Shown here one piece after another: positions 32,773 through 43,093 of a stretch of DNA of 64,000 nucleotides. Below the pieces are notes generated by a model, which was not told where the DNA came from, made no database searches, and saw nothing but the letters and a program-made list of their open reading frames with translations. This stretch comes from Desulfatiglandales bacterium (GTDB taxonomy: Bacteria > Desulfobacterota > DSM-4660 > Desulfatiglandales > HGW-15). The DNA lies in NCBI GenBank assembly GCA_963667015.2, contig CAXXJJ010000001.1, positions 2,080,001-2,144,000 on the forward strand, in the 5' to 3' direction. How positions within the stretch are numbered: position 1 is the first letter of the stretch; every line of letters begins with the position of its first letter. Both the position numbers and the translations under genes were made by a program.

Positions 32773-34371
32773 TTACAGATGCTCTACAGCAGCCTTTTCT
32801 ATTGCCAGGCCCTTGTGATAACGTTCAAAGAATTTTTCAAAACCCTTCACGTCTTTAGGTTCAGGGCTGACGGCCTCCTGCATGCTGCCTTCAAAGACAT
32901 GTGACAGAAAATCCGGCAGGGTAATGTTTTTATCTTTTCTCACCATAAAGGCTGCCAGCAGTGCCATACCCCAGGCTCCGCCTTCTCCGGCGGTTTTAAG
33001 GGTGGAAACAGGAGTTCCTGTCGCTGCGGCCATGATTTTTTCCCCGACTCCCGGGGATTTGAAAAAACCGCCATGTCCTCTTATCTCATCCACCTTTACG
33101 CCTTCATCATTAAACAGCACATTAAGTCCAGTACGAAGGGCACACAGGGCGGTGAACAGGTGGGTGCGCATAAAATTGGCAAGGTTAAAACGGCCTTCCG
33201 GTGAACGGACGAACAGGGGACGGCCTTCGGTAAATCCGGTAATGTGTTCACCGGAAACATATCCGAAACTCAAAAGACCTCCACCGTCAGGATCTCCCTT
33301 GAGTGCCTGCTGAAGAAGTGTACCGTAGAGATCGTTTTTGGATACACCTTTGCCCAGTGCTTCCAGGGCCTCTCCGAATAGATTGATCCAGGCATCGTAG
33401 TCGGAGCTGCAGTTGTTTGAGTGGGCCATACCTACAAGATTTCCGTCCGGTGTGGTGACCAGGTCCACTTCATGGTGGGCCTTTTTCAGGTCCTTTTCCA
33501 GCACGATCATTGCAAACACGGATGTCCCTGCTGATACGTTTCCTGTCCTTACTGCCACGCTGTTGGTTGCTGCCATACCCGTGCCCGCGTCGCCCTCGGG
33601 CGGACACACAGGAACACCAGCCTTAAGTGTGCCTGAAGGGTCAAGCAGAAGTGCTCCTTCGCCTGTAAGCACACCTCCATTCTCTCCGGCGAGAAGAACT
33701 TCCGGAAGGATATTTTTAAGTTTCCAGTCAAAACCCTTATCCCTGATATGTTTATCAAAGAGTGTGCACATATTCATGTCAAAGTCACTTGTTTTGAGAT
33801 CAATGGGAAACATGCCCGAGGCATCCCCGATACCTATCACTTTTTGCCCGGTGAGTTTCCAGTGAATATAGCCCGCCAGGGTGGTCATAAAGGCGACATC
33901 CCTGACATGCTCCTCGCCGTTCAGAACAGACTGGTAAAGGTGGGCAATGCTCCAGCGCTGGGGAACGGGATAATTAAAGAGTCCGGTCAGCTCTTCTGAG
34001 GCAGGCCCGGTTATATTGTTCCGCCAGGTCCTGAATGGCGTTAACAGGTTGTCTTCTTTGTCAAAAACCATATAACCGTGCATCATGGCGCTGAAACCCA
34101 GGCCTTTGATGCTGTTCAGGGTTACCCCGTATGTTTCCTGAACATCCCGTGCCAGGTCTGCATAACAGGCCTGAAGACCTTCCCATACCTGTTCCAGGGG
34201 ATAGGTCCATATCCCGTCGGTCAGGGAGTTCTCCCAGTCGAATCCTCCGGATGCCAGAGGGTTGTGATCTTCCCCGATCAGGACAGCCTTGATCCGGGTG
34301 GAACCCAATTCAATGCCCAGTACGGCTTCTCCGCCTTCAATCATTGATGCAGTTTTTGTGTCTGTTTTCAT
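32773..34371 (-). CDS. araB: FGGY-family sugar kinase, probable L-ribulokinase
   Basis: [38 protein letters not shown]. Clustered with araD/araA. Start at 34371 or 34377. Confidence 0.8.
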   Translation of the reverse strand: MKTDTKTASMIEGGEAVLGIELGSTRIKAVLIGEDHNPLASGGFDWENSLTDGIWTYPLEQVWEGLQACYADLARDVQETYGVTLNSIKGLGFSAMMHGYMVFDKEDNLLTPFRTWRNNITGPASEELTGLFNYPVPQRWSIAHLYQSVLNGEEHVRDVAFMTTLAGYIHWKLTGQKVIGIGDASGMFPIDLKTSDFDMNMCTLFDKHIRDKGFDWKLKNILPEVLLAGENGGVLTGEGALLLDPSGTLKAGVPVCPPEGDAGTGMAATNSVAVRTGNVSAGTSVFAMIVLEKDLKKAHHEVDLVTTPDGNLVGMAHSNNCSSDYDAWINLFGEALEALGKGVSKNDLYGTLLQQALKGDPDGGGLLSFGYVSGEHITGFTEGRPLFVRSPEGRFNLANFMRTHLFTALCALRTGLNVLFNDEGVKVDEIRGHGGFFKSPGVGEKIMAAATGTPVSTLKTAGEGGAWGMALLAAFMVRKDKNITLPDFLSHVFEGSMQEAVSPEPKDVKGFEKFFERYHKGLAIEKAAVEHL

Positions 34372-34394
34372 TGTCATGTCCTGGATATTTTTTT

Positions 34395-34410
34395 GCGTTA
34401 ACGATAACGC
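34395..34410. promoter_or_regulatory. LacI-type operator at the kinase promoter
   Basis: GCGTTAACGATAACGC, 1 mismatch from the palindrome at 34514-34529, immediately downstream of the minus-strand -10. Confidence 0.8.
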
Positions 34411-34411
34411 G

Positions 34412-34440
34412 ATTTTATTAAAGTGTCCTGTTTTTGTCAA
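34412..34440 (-). promoter_or_regulatory. sigma70 promoter of the kinase
   Basis: Minus strand TTGACA (34440-34435), 17 bp, TAAAAT (34417-34412). Confidence 0.8.
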
Positions 34441-34484
34441 TTATATCTTTTAGATAGATCAGGTAACTCTCCGGTTTAAAATAA

Positions 34485-34513
34485 TTGACAGTAAAACATT
34501 GAGATAATATACT
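34485..34513 (+). promoter_or_regulatory. sigma70 promoter of the regulator-araD-GH51-ABC operon
   Basis: TTGACA (34485-34490), 17 bp, TATACT (34508-34513). Confidence 0.85.
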
Positions 34514-34531
34514 GCGTTATCGATAACGCAG
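34512..34531. promoter_or_regulatory. LacI-type operator (perfect 20-bp palindrome)
   Basis: CTGCGTTATCGATAACGCAG with central CG, covering the predicted +1. Confidence 0.85.
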
Positions 34532-34546
34532 AAAGCCAGAGAATCC

Positions 34547-35614
34547 ATGACAACCATGAAAGATATCGCTGAAACCGTTGGTATTTCTATCGGTACAGTG
34601 GACAGGATAATCCATAAAAGGGGACGTTACTCGGAAAAGACTGCCGAACAGGTTCGGAAGGTCATGAAGGAGCTTAACTACATCCCCAACATCCATGCCA
34701 GGGGTCTGAAACAGACAAAAAAGCATATTTTTGGTGTTGTTGTTCCTCTCCGGGACCAGGACGGCGGGTACTGGCGCCTTGTAGAAGAAGGAATCCTGAA
34801 GGCCGCAGGAGAAATTGTCTCCTTTGGAAACGATATCAGGATCTTTCCCTTTGATCGTCACTCTTCGGCATCCTGCATTGATGCCCTTTCCCGTGCCCTC
34901 TCTTCTGATGCGGAAGGACTTCTAATTGCACCATGCCGTCCGAATGATATGAAGGGACTCCTTGAGCAGGCAGATATCCCCTATATTCTTATTGATACGG
35001 ATATTCCGGATCTCAATCGCCGAACCGCATACATTGGACAGGAATCCCGCCAGAGCGGCATACTGTCCGGAAAACTGATGGGGCTGCTTATTAAGGGGAG
35101 AACTGCAACGGACAAGGCCCCCTATGTTCTTGTTGTCGATCCTCCGGGCAGCAATTATCACCTCAATAAACGGATCGAGGGATTCCGCTGTTATATGGGT
35201 GCGGTCATGCCCGAAATTAAACTCATGACAATAAAGGCAGAGGTTGATGATGAACATCACTTCCACGGCATGCTGGAAGAATTCTGCCTGAATAACACAC
35301 AGCTTCCATGCGGGATATTTGCGGCAAACTCTTCTGTCTACTACATTGCCTCCTTTCTTGAAAAAAAAGGAGATGAATACACATCCATTCCACTGGTCGG
35401 ATACGATATAATCCCCGACAGGGAACCTGCAGTAGAGAAGGGGACCATAGATTTTATCCTGACACAGCAGCCGGAGGTCCAGGGCTACCGGGGCATCATC
35501 ATGCTCTATGACCATATTGTACTTAAGAAAGAGATCAGTAAAGAGGTTATAATGCCTCTTAATATTATAACCAGAGAAAACATACATACCTTCACGGGTT
35601 ACATGAACAATTGA
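34547..35614 (+). CDS. LacI-family transcriptional regulator (probable arabinose repressor)
   Basis: HTH TMKDIAETVGISIGTVDR, hinge YIPNIHARGL, periplasmic-binding-protein-like sensor domain. Confidence 0.92.
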   Translation: MTTMKDIAETVGISIGTVDRIIHKRGRYSEKTAEQVRKVMKELNYIPNIHARGLKQTKKHIFGVVVPLRDQDGGYWRLVEEGILKAAGEIVSFGNDIRIFPFDRHSSASCIDALSRALSSDAEGLLIAPCRPNDMKGLLEQADIPYILIDTDIPDLNRRTAYIGQESRQSGILSGKLMGLLIKGRTATDKAPYVLVVDPPGSNYHLNKRIEGFRCYMGAVMPEIKLMTIKAEVDDEHHFHGMLEEFCLNNTQLPCGIFAANSSVYYIASFLEKKGDEYTSIPLVGYDIIPDREPAVEKGTIDFILTQQPEVQGYRGIIMLYDHIVLKKEISKEVIMPLNIITRENIHTFTGYMNN

Positions 35615-35633
35615 CCCTGTCAGGGGAGGAAAA

Positions 35634-36353
35634 ATGAGTAAATTTGATGAACTGAAAGAGAAGTGCTGGAAGGCCAATATGGAGATCCCCAGGCAGAAAC
35701 TGGCCATATACACCTTCGGCAATGTAAGCGCCCTGGATCCCTCGGAGGGCATCTTTGCCATTAAGCCCAGCGGCGTTCCCTATGATGGCATGAAGCCTGA
35801 AGATATGGTTATTGTGGATCTTGAGGGAAAAAAGGTGGAGGGAAAGATGAACCCTTCCTCTGATACACCGACACACGCCGTGCTCTACAGCTCTTTATCC
35901 GGTATTTACAGTATCGTACACGCGCATTCTGCCTATGCAGTGGCATGGGCACAGGCCTGCCGTCCGATCCCCATTTACGGCACTACCCACGCTGACCACC
36001 TGGCAGGAGACATACCTGTTACCGAAGTGATGAGTGATGAAATGATAAAGGGGCAGTACGAAGAGCAGACCGGTTTTCAGATAGTAAACGCTCTGAAAGA
36101 TAAAAATCTCTCTCCTCAGGATGTGCAGATGATCCTGGTCGCATGTCATGGACCCTTTACCTGGGGCGCGACCCCTGATAAGGCGGTCTACAATGCGGTG
36201 GTACTGGAAGAGATAGCTAGAATGGCATATATCACGGAGCAGGTGAATCCTGATATTAAACGAATGAAGGATTCCCTGATCAGCAAGCATTATGACAGAA
36301 AACACGGGAAAGATGCCTATTACGGGCAAGTTAATTCACCAGAGGAGGGTTAG
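35634..36353 (+). CDS. araD: L-ribulose-5-phosphate 4-epimerase
   Basis: TFGNVS, IKPSGV.Y, PSSDTPTH, GTTHAD, HGPFTWG, RKHGKDAYYGQ. Confidence 0.96.
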   Translation: MSKFDELKEKCWKANMEIPRQKLAIYTFGNVSALDPSEGIFAIKPSGVPYDGMKPEDMVIVDLEGKKVEGKMNPSSDTPTHAVLYSSLSGIYSIVHAHSAYAVAWAQACRPIPIYGTTHADHLAGDIPVTEVMSDEMIKGQYEEQTGFQIVNALKDKNLSPQDVQMILVACHGPFTWGATPDKAVYNAVVLEEIARMAYITEQVNPDIKRMKDSLISKHYDRKHGKDAYYGQVNSPEEG

Positions 36354-36354
36354 T

Positions 36355-38321
36355 ATGAAAAACATCTTTGTCAGTCTTTTAACAACATGCCTTTTAGTAA
36401 CTTCGGTTGCATGCGCCGAAACAGTGACTGTAAAACTTGACCTTGAAAAAAGGGGGGAGGATATCAACCCCCTTATTTACGGCCAGTTTATCGAACACCT
36501 TGGGCGCTGTATATACGGCGGTATCTGGGCAGAGATGCTTGAGGACCGCAAATTTTATTTTCCGGTTACCGGCAGCTACGCGCCTTATGTGGATCTCAAG
36601 GATACCGATTTTCCGGTGGTAGGCGCGTCTCCATGGGAGATTCCTGAGTGATGCATCACTTGTTGAAATGGTCAAAAAAGATTCATTTGTGGGTGACCAT
36701 ACACCACTCCTTAAAAAGGGAGCGGCCATAGCACAGCATGACCTGGGTGTTGTTTCAGGCAAAGAGTATACAGGTTATATCTGGCTGAAACCGGGCACCG
36801 GAAAAAGGGCAGAGGTCAAGGTCTCTCTTTTATTTGGCAATGGAAAGGGTGAAAGCAGCACAATATCGGTGGACAGCGGAGACTATAAAAAGACCGCCTT
36901 CACCTTCAAGGCATCCGAAAGCACTGATAAGGCCACGCTCAGGATTGAAGCCATCGATGGTGATGTTTTTGTGGGCACTGTATCTCTTATGCCGGGTGAC
37001 AATATCAATGGAATGAGGAAAGGATACAATTGCACTTTTAAAGGAGCTTAATGCTCCCCTGTACCGCTGGCCCGGCGGAAACTTTACAAGCGGATACGAG
37101 TGGCGCGACGGTATCGGTGACAGGGACCGCAGGCCTCCGCGTAAAAACCCTGCATGGACAGGGGTGGAGCATAATGATTTCGGAACGGATGAGTTTATTG
37201 CCTTCTGCCGCCTGATAGGCACTGAACCGATGATAGCAGCCAACACAGGTTTCGGGGATGCGCACTCCGCCGCCGAATGGGTGGACTACTGTAATTCAGG
37301 AAAAGATACCACTGGCGGTAAATATCGAATAGCAAACGGCCACGAAAAACCCTTTAACGTGAAATACTGGTGTGTTGGCAACGAAATGTTCGGCGACTGG
37401 CAGCTGGGTTTTATGCAGCTCAAACAATACACAAACAAACACAACATGGTTGCAAGGGCGATGTGGGAGGCAGACAGTGATCTTGTACTTGTTGGAGTGG
37501 GGAGTATAGATACGATTAATAAGGCATTTGATCCGGATTCGGCACAGCGTAACCGCACCTGGTCCAGGGGAATGCTTGAAGACAGTGCTGATTATATGAA
37601 CCTCATATCCGAACATTTTTATGTGGGCCGTGTACCATGGAGCCAGGATGGGCGTAAACCTGTTCTTGAACATGTAGTCCTGGCCAAGAATCAGATACGG
37701 GAACGCGTAGAGTTGCATAAGAAGCTCCAGGCATCAATTGAAAGTCTTAAAGGCCGCTTTGTGCCCATTACAATGGATGAGTGGAATTACTGGCACCGTG
37801 ATTATGTGTATGGGGAGCTGGGCTGCATCTACGATCTTCAGGACGCACTCGGTATTGCCATGGGCCTCCATGAATATTACCGCCAGACAAAGTATATCCA
37901 TGCTGCAAACTATGCGCAGACAGTAAATGTAATCGGTGCAATCAAGACTACAAAGACGAATGCCGAGTTTGAATCAACCGGCCTTGTACTGAAGCTTTAC
38001 AGAAATCATTTCGGATCAAAGCCCCTCAAGTTTGAGGGAGAAATAGACAACCTCGATATCATGGCCGCACTTAATGATTCAGGTGATATACTCACAGTAA
38101 GCATGATCAATCCTACTGATAAGGAAGTCACACTGAACCTTGAAGGTATTAAACTGCCATCAAAGGCAGTGCAGTATGTGATTACAGGTGAGAAGGATTC
38201 ATCATACAATGCCCCTGGAAAGAAGCGGGGAGTTGATATCCATGATATGGGTAAAGTGTCTGTTAAAAAAGGCCTGAAGGCTGGTCCCCTCAGTGCTAAC
38301 CTGTGGGAGATACCGCTTTAA
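36355..38321 (+). pseudogene. abfA: Alpha-L-arabinofuranosidase (GH51) with signal peptide, split by two +1 frameshifts
   Basis: Three consecutive frames give YGQFIEHLGRCIYGG, then a CBM-like region, then RWPGGNF..GY.WRDGIG, NDFGTDEF, WCVGNE, MDEWN. Shifts at ~36643 and ~37021. May be sequencing error. Confidence 0.88.
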
Positions 38322-38454
38322 GTCAGGGGATATGTTGAAATGGTTCAGCCGGATTGTTATACTCCGTTTCGCAAAACGGGATCAGGCTGATGCTGTAAGT
38401 TATATAAATAAAAAGATAATATATTGATAAAATTTTACCATTAAGGGAGGTCAT

Positions 38455-39414
38455 ATGAGAAAGATATTCAGAACAGCTGCGGTACTACTTATATCCGCAT
38501 TGACATTATTTGGCTGCGGAAAAGCAGAAAAAGATGACGGCATAATTACTGTAGGATTTTCACAGATCGGTGCGGAAAGCGCATGGAGGGTTGCCAATAC
38601 TGAGTCTATCCAGAGCGAAGCGGAAAAAAGACCCAATATTAAACTGATTTTCTCAGATGGCCAGCAGAAGCAGGAAAACCAGATCAAGGCTATCAGGAAC
38701 TTTATCGCGCAGGGTGTGGATGTGATTGCCTTTTCTCCTGTTGTAGAAACAGGATTCGGGGCAGTTCTGCAGGAGGCCAAAGACGCCGGCATTCCGGTTA
38801 TCCTGATCGACAGGTCCGTGGATGTTCAGGATGATTCTCTATGGGTCGCCTTTATGGGGTCAGACTTTGTAGAGGAAGGAAGACGCGCCGCACGCTGGCT
38901 GATAGAAAAAGGTTACACGGATGTAAAAATCGCAGAGCTTCAGGGAACGGTTGGATCTGCCCCTGCCATTGACAGAAAAAAGGGGTTTGAAGAGGTTATT
39001 GCCGAATATCCCGGCATGAGAATTATTAAGAGCCAGAGCGGCAATTTTACACGTTCAGGCGGAAAAGAGATCATGGAGGCCTTTCTGAAGACCGAAGGCA
39101 AGAACATTGATGTTCTTTTTTCCCATAATGACGATATGGCTATCGGCGCTATCCAGGCAATAGAAGAGTACGGGCTGGTGCCCGGAAAGGATATAATTAT
39201 TGTATCTATTGACGCGGTAAGAGGCGCCTTTGAGGCAATGGTGGAAGGAAAACTTAACTGTACTGTTGAATGCAGCCCACTGCTTGGTCCTCAGCTCTTT
39301 GATGCAGTGGAGGCGTTAAGCAGGGGTGAATCGATTCCTAAAAAAATCGTAACCAAAGAAGGAGTCTTCCCTCAGGAAGTTGCTGCTGATGTAATCGACA
39401 GTAGAAAATATTAG
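38455..39414 (+). CDS. Sugar ABC transporter substrate-binding lipoprotein (YtfQ-like)
   Basis: Lipobox LFGC, VGFSQIGAESAWRVANT, ELQGTVGSAPAIDRKKGF, HNDDMAIGA. Confidence 0.92.
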   Translation: MRKIFRTAAVLLISALTLFGCGKAEKDDGIITVGFSQIGAESAWRVANTESIQSEAEKRPNIKLIFSDGQQKQENQIKAIRNFIAQGVDVIAFSPVVETGFGAVLQEAKDAGIPVILIDRSVDVQDDSLWVAFMGSDFVEEGRRAARWLIEKGYTDVKIAELQGTVGSAPAIDRKKGFEEVIAEYPGMRIIKSQSGNFTRSGGKEIMEAFLKTEGKNIDVLFSHNDDMAIGAIQAIEEYGLVPGKDIIIVSIDAVRGAFEAMVEGKLNCTVECSPLLGPQLFDAVEALSRGESIPKKIVTKEGVFPQEVAADVIDSRKY

Positions 39415-39423
39415 GATAGGTTA

Positions 39424-40950
39424 ATGTCCGATTCAAATACTGATCTTCTCGAAATAAGAGGCCTGAGCAAGAGCTTTCCAGGTGTTAAGGCCCTTGATTC
39501 TGTCAACTTCACCCTGAAGCGGGGAGAGATCCATGCGCTGATGGGTGAAAACGGCGCAGGTAAGTCCACACTTATAAAGGTACTTACAGGAGTCCACAAA
39601 AAGGACAGTGGGTATATAAAACTGGAAGGTGAGAATTTTGAGGCATCTTCACCTATGGATGCCGCCCGTAAGGGAATCAGCACCGTATATCAGGAGATAA
39701 ACCTTCTTCCCAATCTTTCGGTTGCGGAAAATATATATATCGGACGCCAGCCCATGAAAATGGGCCGTATTGACTGGAAGACCATAAACAGCGGTGCAGC
39801 AAAGGCCCTTTTAAAACTGGACCTGGACCTGGATGTGACCCTTCCCCTTTCTTCATTTTCCACTGCCATACAGCAGATGGTTGCTATTGCAAGGGCACTG
39901 GATATCAGGGCAAAAATATTGATTCTGGATGAACCTACCTCAAGCCTTGACATGACGGAGTGTAAAAACCTTTTTGCAACAATGCAGAAACTGAAGCAGG
40001 AAGGCATAAGTATTGTATTTATTACACACTTTCTAGACCAGGTGTATGATACATCTGACAGGATTACGGTTTTAAGAAACGGGCAGTTTATCGGTGAATA
40101 TAAAACAGCAGAACTGCCACGTTTTGAACTCATCTCCCGAATGCTTGGTAAAGAACTGGAACAGGAGATGGTGTCTCCGGGCAGCAAAAATGCCAATGAT
40201 ATTTCCGGTAAAAAACCTTTTATGACCCTTAATAAAGTGGAACAAAAGGGGGTTCTTCAGCCATTTGACCTGGAAATGCGGGAAGGAGAAATCCTGGGCC
40301 TTGCAGGACTTCTGGGTTCAGGAAGGACAGAGACGGCCAGGCTTCTCTTTGGTATAGAAAAACCCACCTCGGGAACAGTAAAAATAGATGATAACCCGGT
40401 CAGCATTAACACTCCGAAACAGGCAATAGACAAGTCCATTGCCTTCTGCCCTGAAGACAGGAAAACAGAGGGAATAATTCCGGATCTGACAGTCAGGGAA
40501 AATATTATTCTTCCGCTTCAGGCCAAAAAAAGTTTTTTAAAGGGAATCACACGCAGGGAGCAGGAAAAAATTACAGACCGCTTTATTGATCTCTTGAAAA
40601 TAAAGGTGTCTGACAGGGAGCAGAAGGCGGGAACCCTGAGCGGGGGAAACCAGCAGAAATTGATCCTTGCCAGATGGATGGCCATGAATCCCCGGCTTTT
40701 GATACTGGATGAACCTACACGTGGTATCGATGTAGGAGCTAAAGCTGAAATTGAAAAACTGATATTCCGATTGAAAGAGGAGGGCCGCAGCGTGCTGTTT
40801 ATTTCATCGGAGCTGGAAGAAATCGTTCACAGCTGCAGCCGTGTTGCCATACTGAAGGATAGAAAAAAAATTGGAGAGCTGTCCGGGGATGACATATCGG
40901 AAGAAAATATCATGAAGACACTGGCCCGGGAAGGCAGGTCTGATATATGA
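39424..40950 (+). CDS. Sugar ABC transporter ATP-binding protein (YtfR-like, tandem ABC domains)
   Basis: GENGAGKST, LDEPT twice, LSGGNQQK. Confidence 0.95.
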   Translation: MSDSNTDLLEIRGLSKSFPGVKALDSVNFTLKRGEIHALMGENGAGKSTLIKVLTGVHKKDSGYIKLEGENFEASSPMDAARKGISTVYQEINLLPNLSVAENIYIGRQPMKMGRIDWKTINSGAAKALLKLDLDLDVTLPLSSFSTAIQQMVAIARALDIRAKILILDEPTSSLDMTECKNLFATMQKLKQEGISIVFITHFLDQVYDTSDRITVLRNGQFIGEYKTAELPRFELISRMLGKELEQEMVSPGSKNANDISGKKPFMTLNKVEQKGVLQPFDLEMREGEILGLAGLLGSGRTETARLLFGIEKPTSGTVKIDDNPVSINTPKQAIDKSIAFCPEDRKTEGIIPDLTVRENIILPLQAKKSFLKGITRREQEKITDRFIDLLKIKVSDREQKAGTLSGGNQQKLILARWMAMNPRLLILDEPTRGIDVGAKAEIEKLIFRLKEEGRSVLFISSELEEIVHSCSRVAILKDRKKIGELSGDDISEENIMKTLAREGRSDI

Positions 40951-42002
40951 CAGATCGTAAAAAGAAAAGATCCCTTATGCAGGCAGGTTCTTCGGAACAG
41001 AACATTCTCTATCCCCTGCTGGCACTTGCCGCCATTCTTTTGTTTAACCTGTTTTTTACAGAAGGATTTTTCAGCATAGAGATAAAAAACGGACATCTGT
41101 TCGGTTCATTGATAGATATATTAAACAGGGGCACACCCATAATGCTGATCTCCATCGGTATGACCCTGGTTTATGCCACCGGCGGAGTAGACCTGTCAGT
41201 GGGGGCAATCATTGCTATCTCGGGCGCCATGGCAGCCCAGCTCATACGTCCGGATTATGTCAAGGGTATACTTGAATACGGCGATCAGACATCTCTTATA
41301 ATCGTGCTGCTCATTCCCCTGGCGCTCTCTTTTATACTGGGGTTATGGAACGGTTTTCTTGTGGCCTATATCGGTGTTCAGCCTATTATCGCCACACTGA
41401 TTCTTATGACCGTCGGGCGCGGAATCGCCCAGCTTATCACCCACGGGCAGATTATAGTGTTTGAGCACCCGACTTTCCAGTACATAGGAAGCGGTTTCTT
41501 TCTCGGGCTGCCCTTTCCCATTATTCTTGTAATTCTTGTCTTTGTCCTCACCTGGGCACTTACCAGGAAAACCTCAATGGGGCTTTTCATTGAGGCATCA
41601 GGCGCCAATGCAAAGGCAAGCCGGTATATGGGCATACAGGTCAGGATGATAAAAACATTTACCTACGGGTTCTCGGGCTTATGCGCGGGGCTGGCAGGCC
41701 TTATAATAACATCGGATATCAAGGCTGCTGATGCCAATAATGCAGGTATATTCATGGAACTTGATGCCATTGCCGCTGTTATTATCGGGGGAACCATCAA
41801 TGGAGGACGCTTTTCCATGGCCGGCGCCATAATTGGTGCACTGATTATTCAGGGTCTTACAACAACTATTATCACGCGGGGTGTTCCGCCCCAGGTTGTG
41901 CTTGTTTTTAAGGCTGCTATCATTATTATTGTAGCTCTTATCCAGTCAGGAAAACTGAGGGATCAGGTTACAAAGTTTATGCATTTTGGAGAAAAGGCAT
42001 AA
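40947..42002 (+). CDS. Sugar ABC transporter permease (YtfT-like)
   Basis: GMTLV..TGGVDLSVGA, QPIIATLILM..GRGIAQL, ELDAIAAV. Confidence 0.93.
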   Translation: MTDRKKKRSLMQAGSSEQNILYPLLALAAILLFNLFFTEGFFSIEIKNGHLFGSLIDILNRGTPIMLISIGMTLVYATGGVDLSVGAIIAISGAMAAQLIRPDYVKGILEYGDQTSLIIVLLIPLALSFILGLWNGFLVAYIGVQPIIATLILMTVGRGIAQLITHGQIIVFEHPTFQYIGSGFFLGLPFPIILVILVFVLTWALTRKTSMGLFIEASGANAKASRYMGIQVRMIKTFTYGFSGLCAGLAGLIITSDIKAADANNAGIFMELDAIAAVIIGGTINGGRFSMAGAIIGALIIQGLTTTIITRGVPPQVVLVFKAAIIIIVALIQSGKLRDQVTKFMHFGEKA

Positions 42003-42973
42003 TGAAGTTTCACTTGAACCAGAAAAACATACCTCTTCTTGCCACCCTGCTGGTCTTTATCATTTTGTATCTGTCAGGGGCATTTACCTATAGAGGTTTC
42101 TTTTCGCTGCGTGTCTTTGTCAATCTTTTCATTGATAACGCATTTGTGGGCATTATTGCAGTGGGTATGACCTTTGTGATTATCTCAGGCGGGATCGATC
42201 TTTCAGTAGGGTCCCTTGTCGCCTTTACCGGGGTTCTGTCCGCCAATCTGCTGGCCCGAACTGATATGTCTCCCATTATGGTCATCTTCATATGCCTGCT
42301 GTGCGGCGCAGTACTGGGATTTGCCATGGGAAGTTTAATACATTTCCTTAAAATTGAGCCTTTTCTTGTGACACTTGTGGGAATGTTTCTTGCCCGGGGT
42401 CTGTCCTTTATGATCAGTCTTGACTCTGTGCCAATCCGTAATGAGATGTTCCTTGAGATCTCAAAGGCTGCAATTCCTCTTGGAGGCGGTGTAAAGCTGC
42501 CTGCCTATGCGGCAGCCTTTATTGTTATGGTGATTATCGGTGCATGGATTCTTCACTTCACACGATTCGGGCGCAACATATACGCCATAGGAGACAATGA
42601 AAATTCAGCACTTCTCATGGGGCTTCCCGTGGGAAAGACAAAAATTCTTATCTATACGCTCAACAGCACCATCTGTGCCCTGGGCGGGCTTGTCTACTCC
42701 CTTTACACCCTTGCCGGATACCCACTGGCCGGAACAGGCCTGGAGCTGGATGTTATAACTGCTGTTGTTATCGGGGGGACACTGCTCACCGGCGGAATAG
42801 GTTTTGTGGAAGGGACGCTTATCGGGGTTCTTATTCTGGGGCTGATTCAGACCATTATCACCTTTCAGGGAAACCTGAGCACCTGGTGGACAAAGGTCTT
42901 TATCGGTATTCTGCTTTGTCTCTTTATTCTCATGCAGAGGTACCTTTCTGCACGAAGAAAGACAAAAGCCTGA
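42002..42973 (+). CDS. Sugar ABC transporter permease (YjfF-like)
   Basis: GMTFVIISGGIDLSVG, TRFGRNIYAIG, VVIGGTLLTGG, STWWTK. Confidence 0.93.
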   Translation: MKFHLNQKNIPLLATLLVFIILYLSGAFTYRGFFSLRVFVNLFIDNAFVGIIAVGMTFVIISGGIDLSVGSLVAFTGVLSANLLARTDMSPIMVIFICLLCGAVLGFAMGSLIHFLKIEPFLVTLVGMFLARGLSFMISLDSVPIRNEMFLEISKAAIPLGGGVKLPAYAAAFIVMVIIGAWILHFTRFGRNIYAIGDNENSALLMGLPVGKTKILIYTLNSTICALGGLVYSLYTLAGYPLAGTGLELDVITAVVIGGTLLTGGIGFVEGTLIGVLILGLIQTIITFQGNLSTWWTKVFIGILLCLFILMQRYLSARRKTKA

Positions 42974-43008
42974 AAACTTGTCTCTCGCAGAGTGTCTATA
43001 AAAACAAA

Positions 43009-43034
43009 GTTCCCACGGGGACCGTGGGAACCAG
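43009..43034. repeat. GC-rich REP-like hairpin between convergent genes (possible bidirectional terminator)
   Basis: GTTCCCACGG-GGA-CCGTGGGAAC, perfect 10-bp stem, followed by CAG. Confidence 0.6.
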
Positions 43035-43093
43035 AGGATAAACATTAGATCGCTTTTTGATTTTCTTCGTGTCCTTCGTGGTAAATAAAACAG

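Noticed and set aside
34922..35761. 279-aa antisense ORF over the LacI gene, and other long antisense ORFs (13144-13707, 20846-21514, 59034-59726)
   Set aside because: Shadows of well-supported genes on the other strand, with no motifs of their own.
38344..38389. Stem-loop between GH51 and the sugar-binding protein gene
   Set aside because: Plausible mRNA-stabilising hairpin, but no U-tract or family motif; too weak to call.
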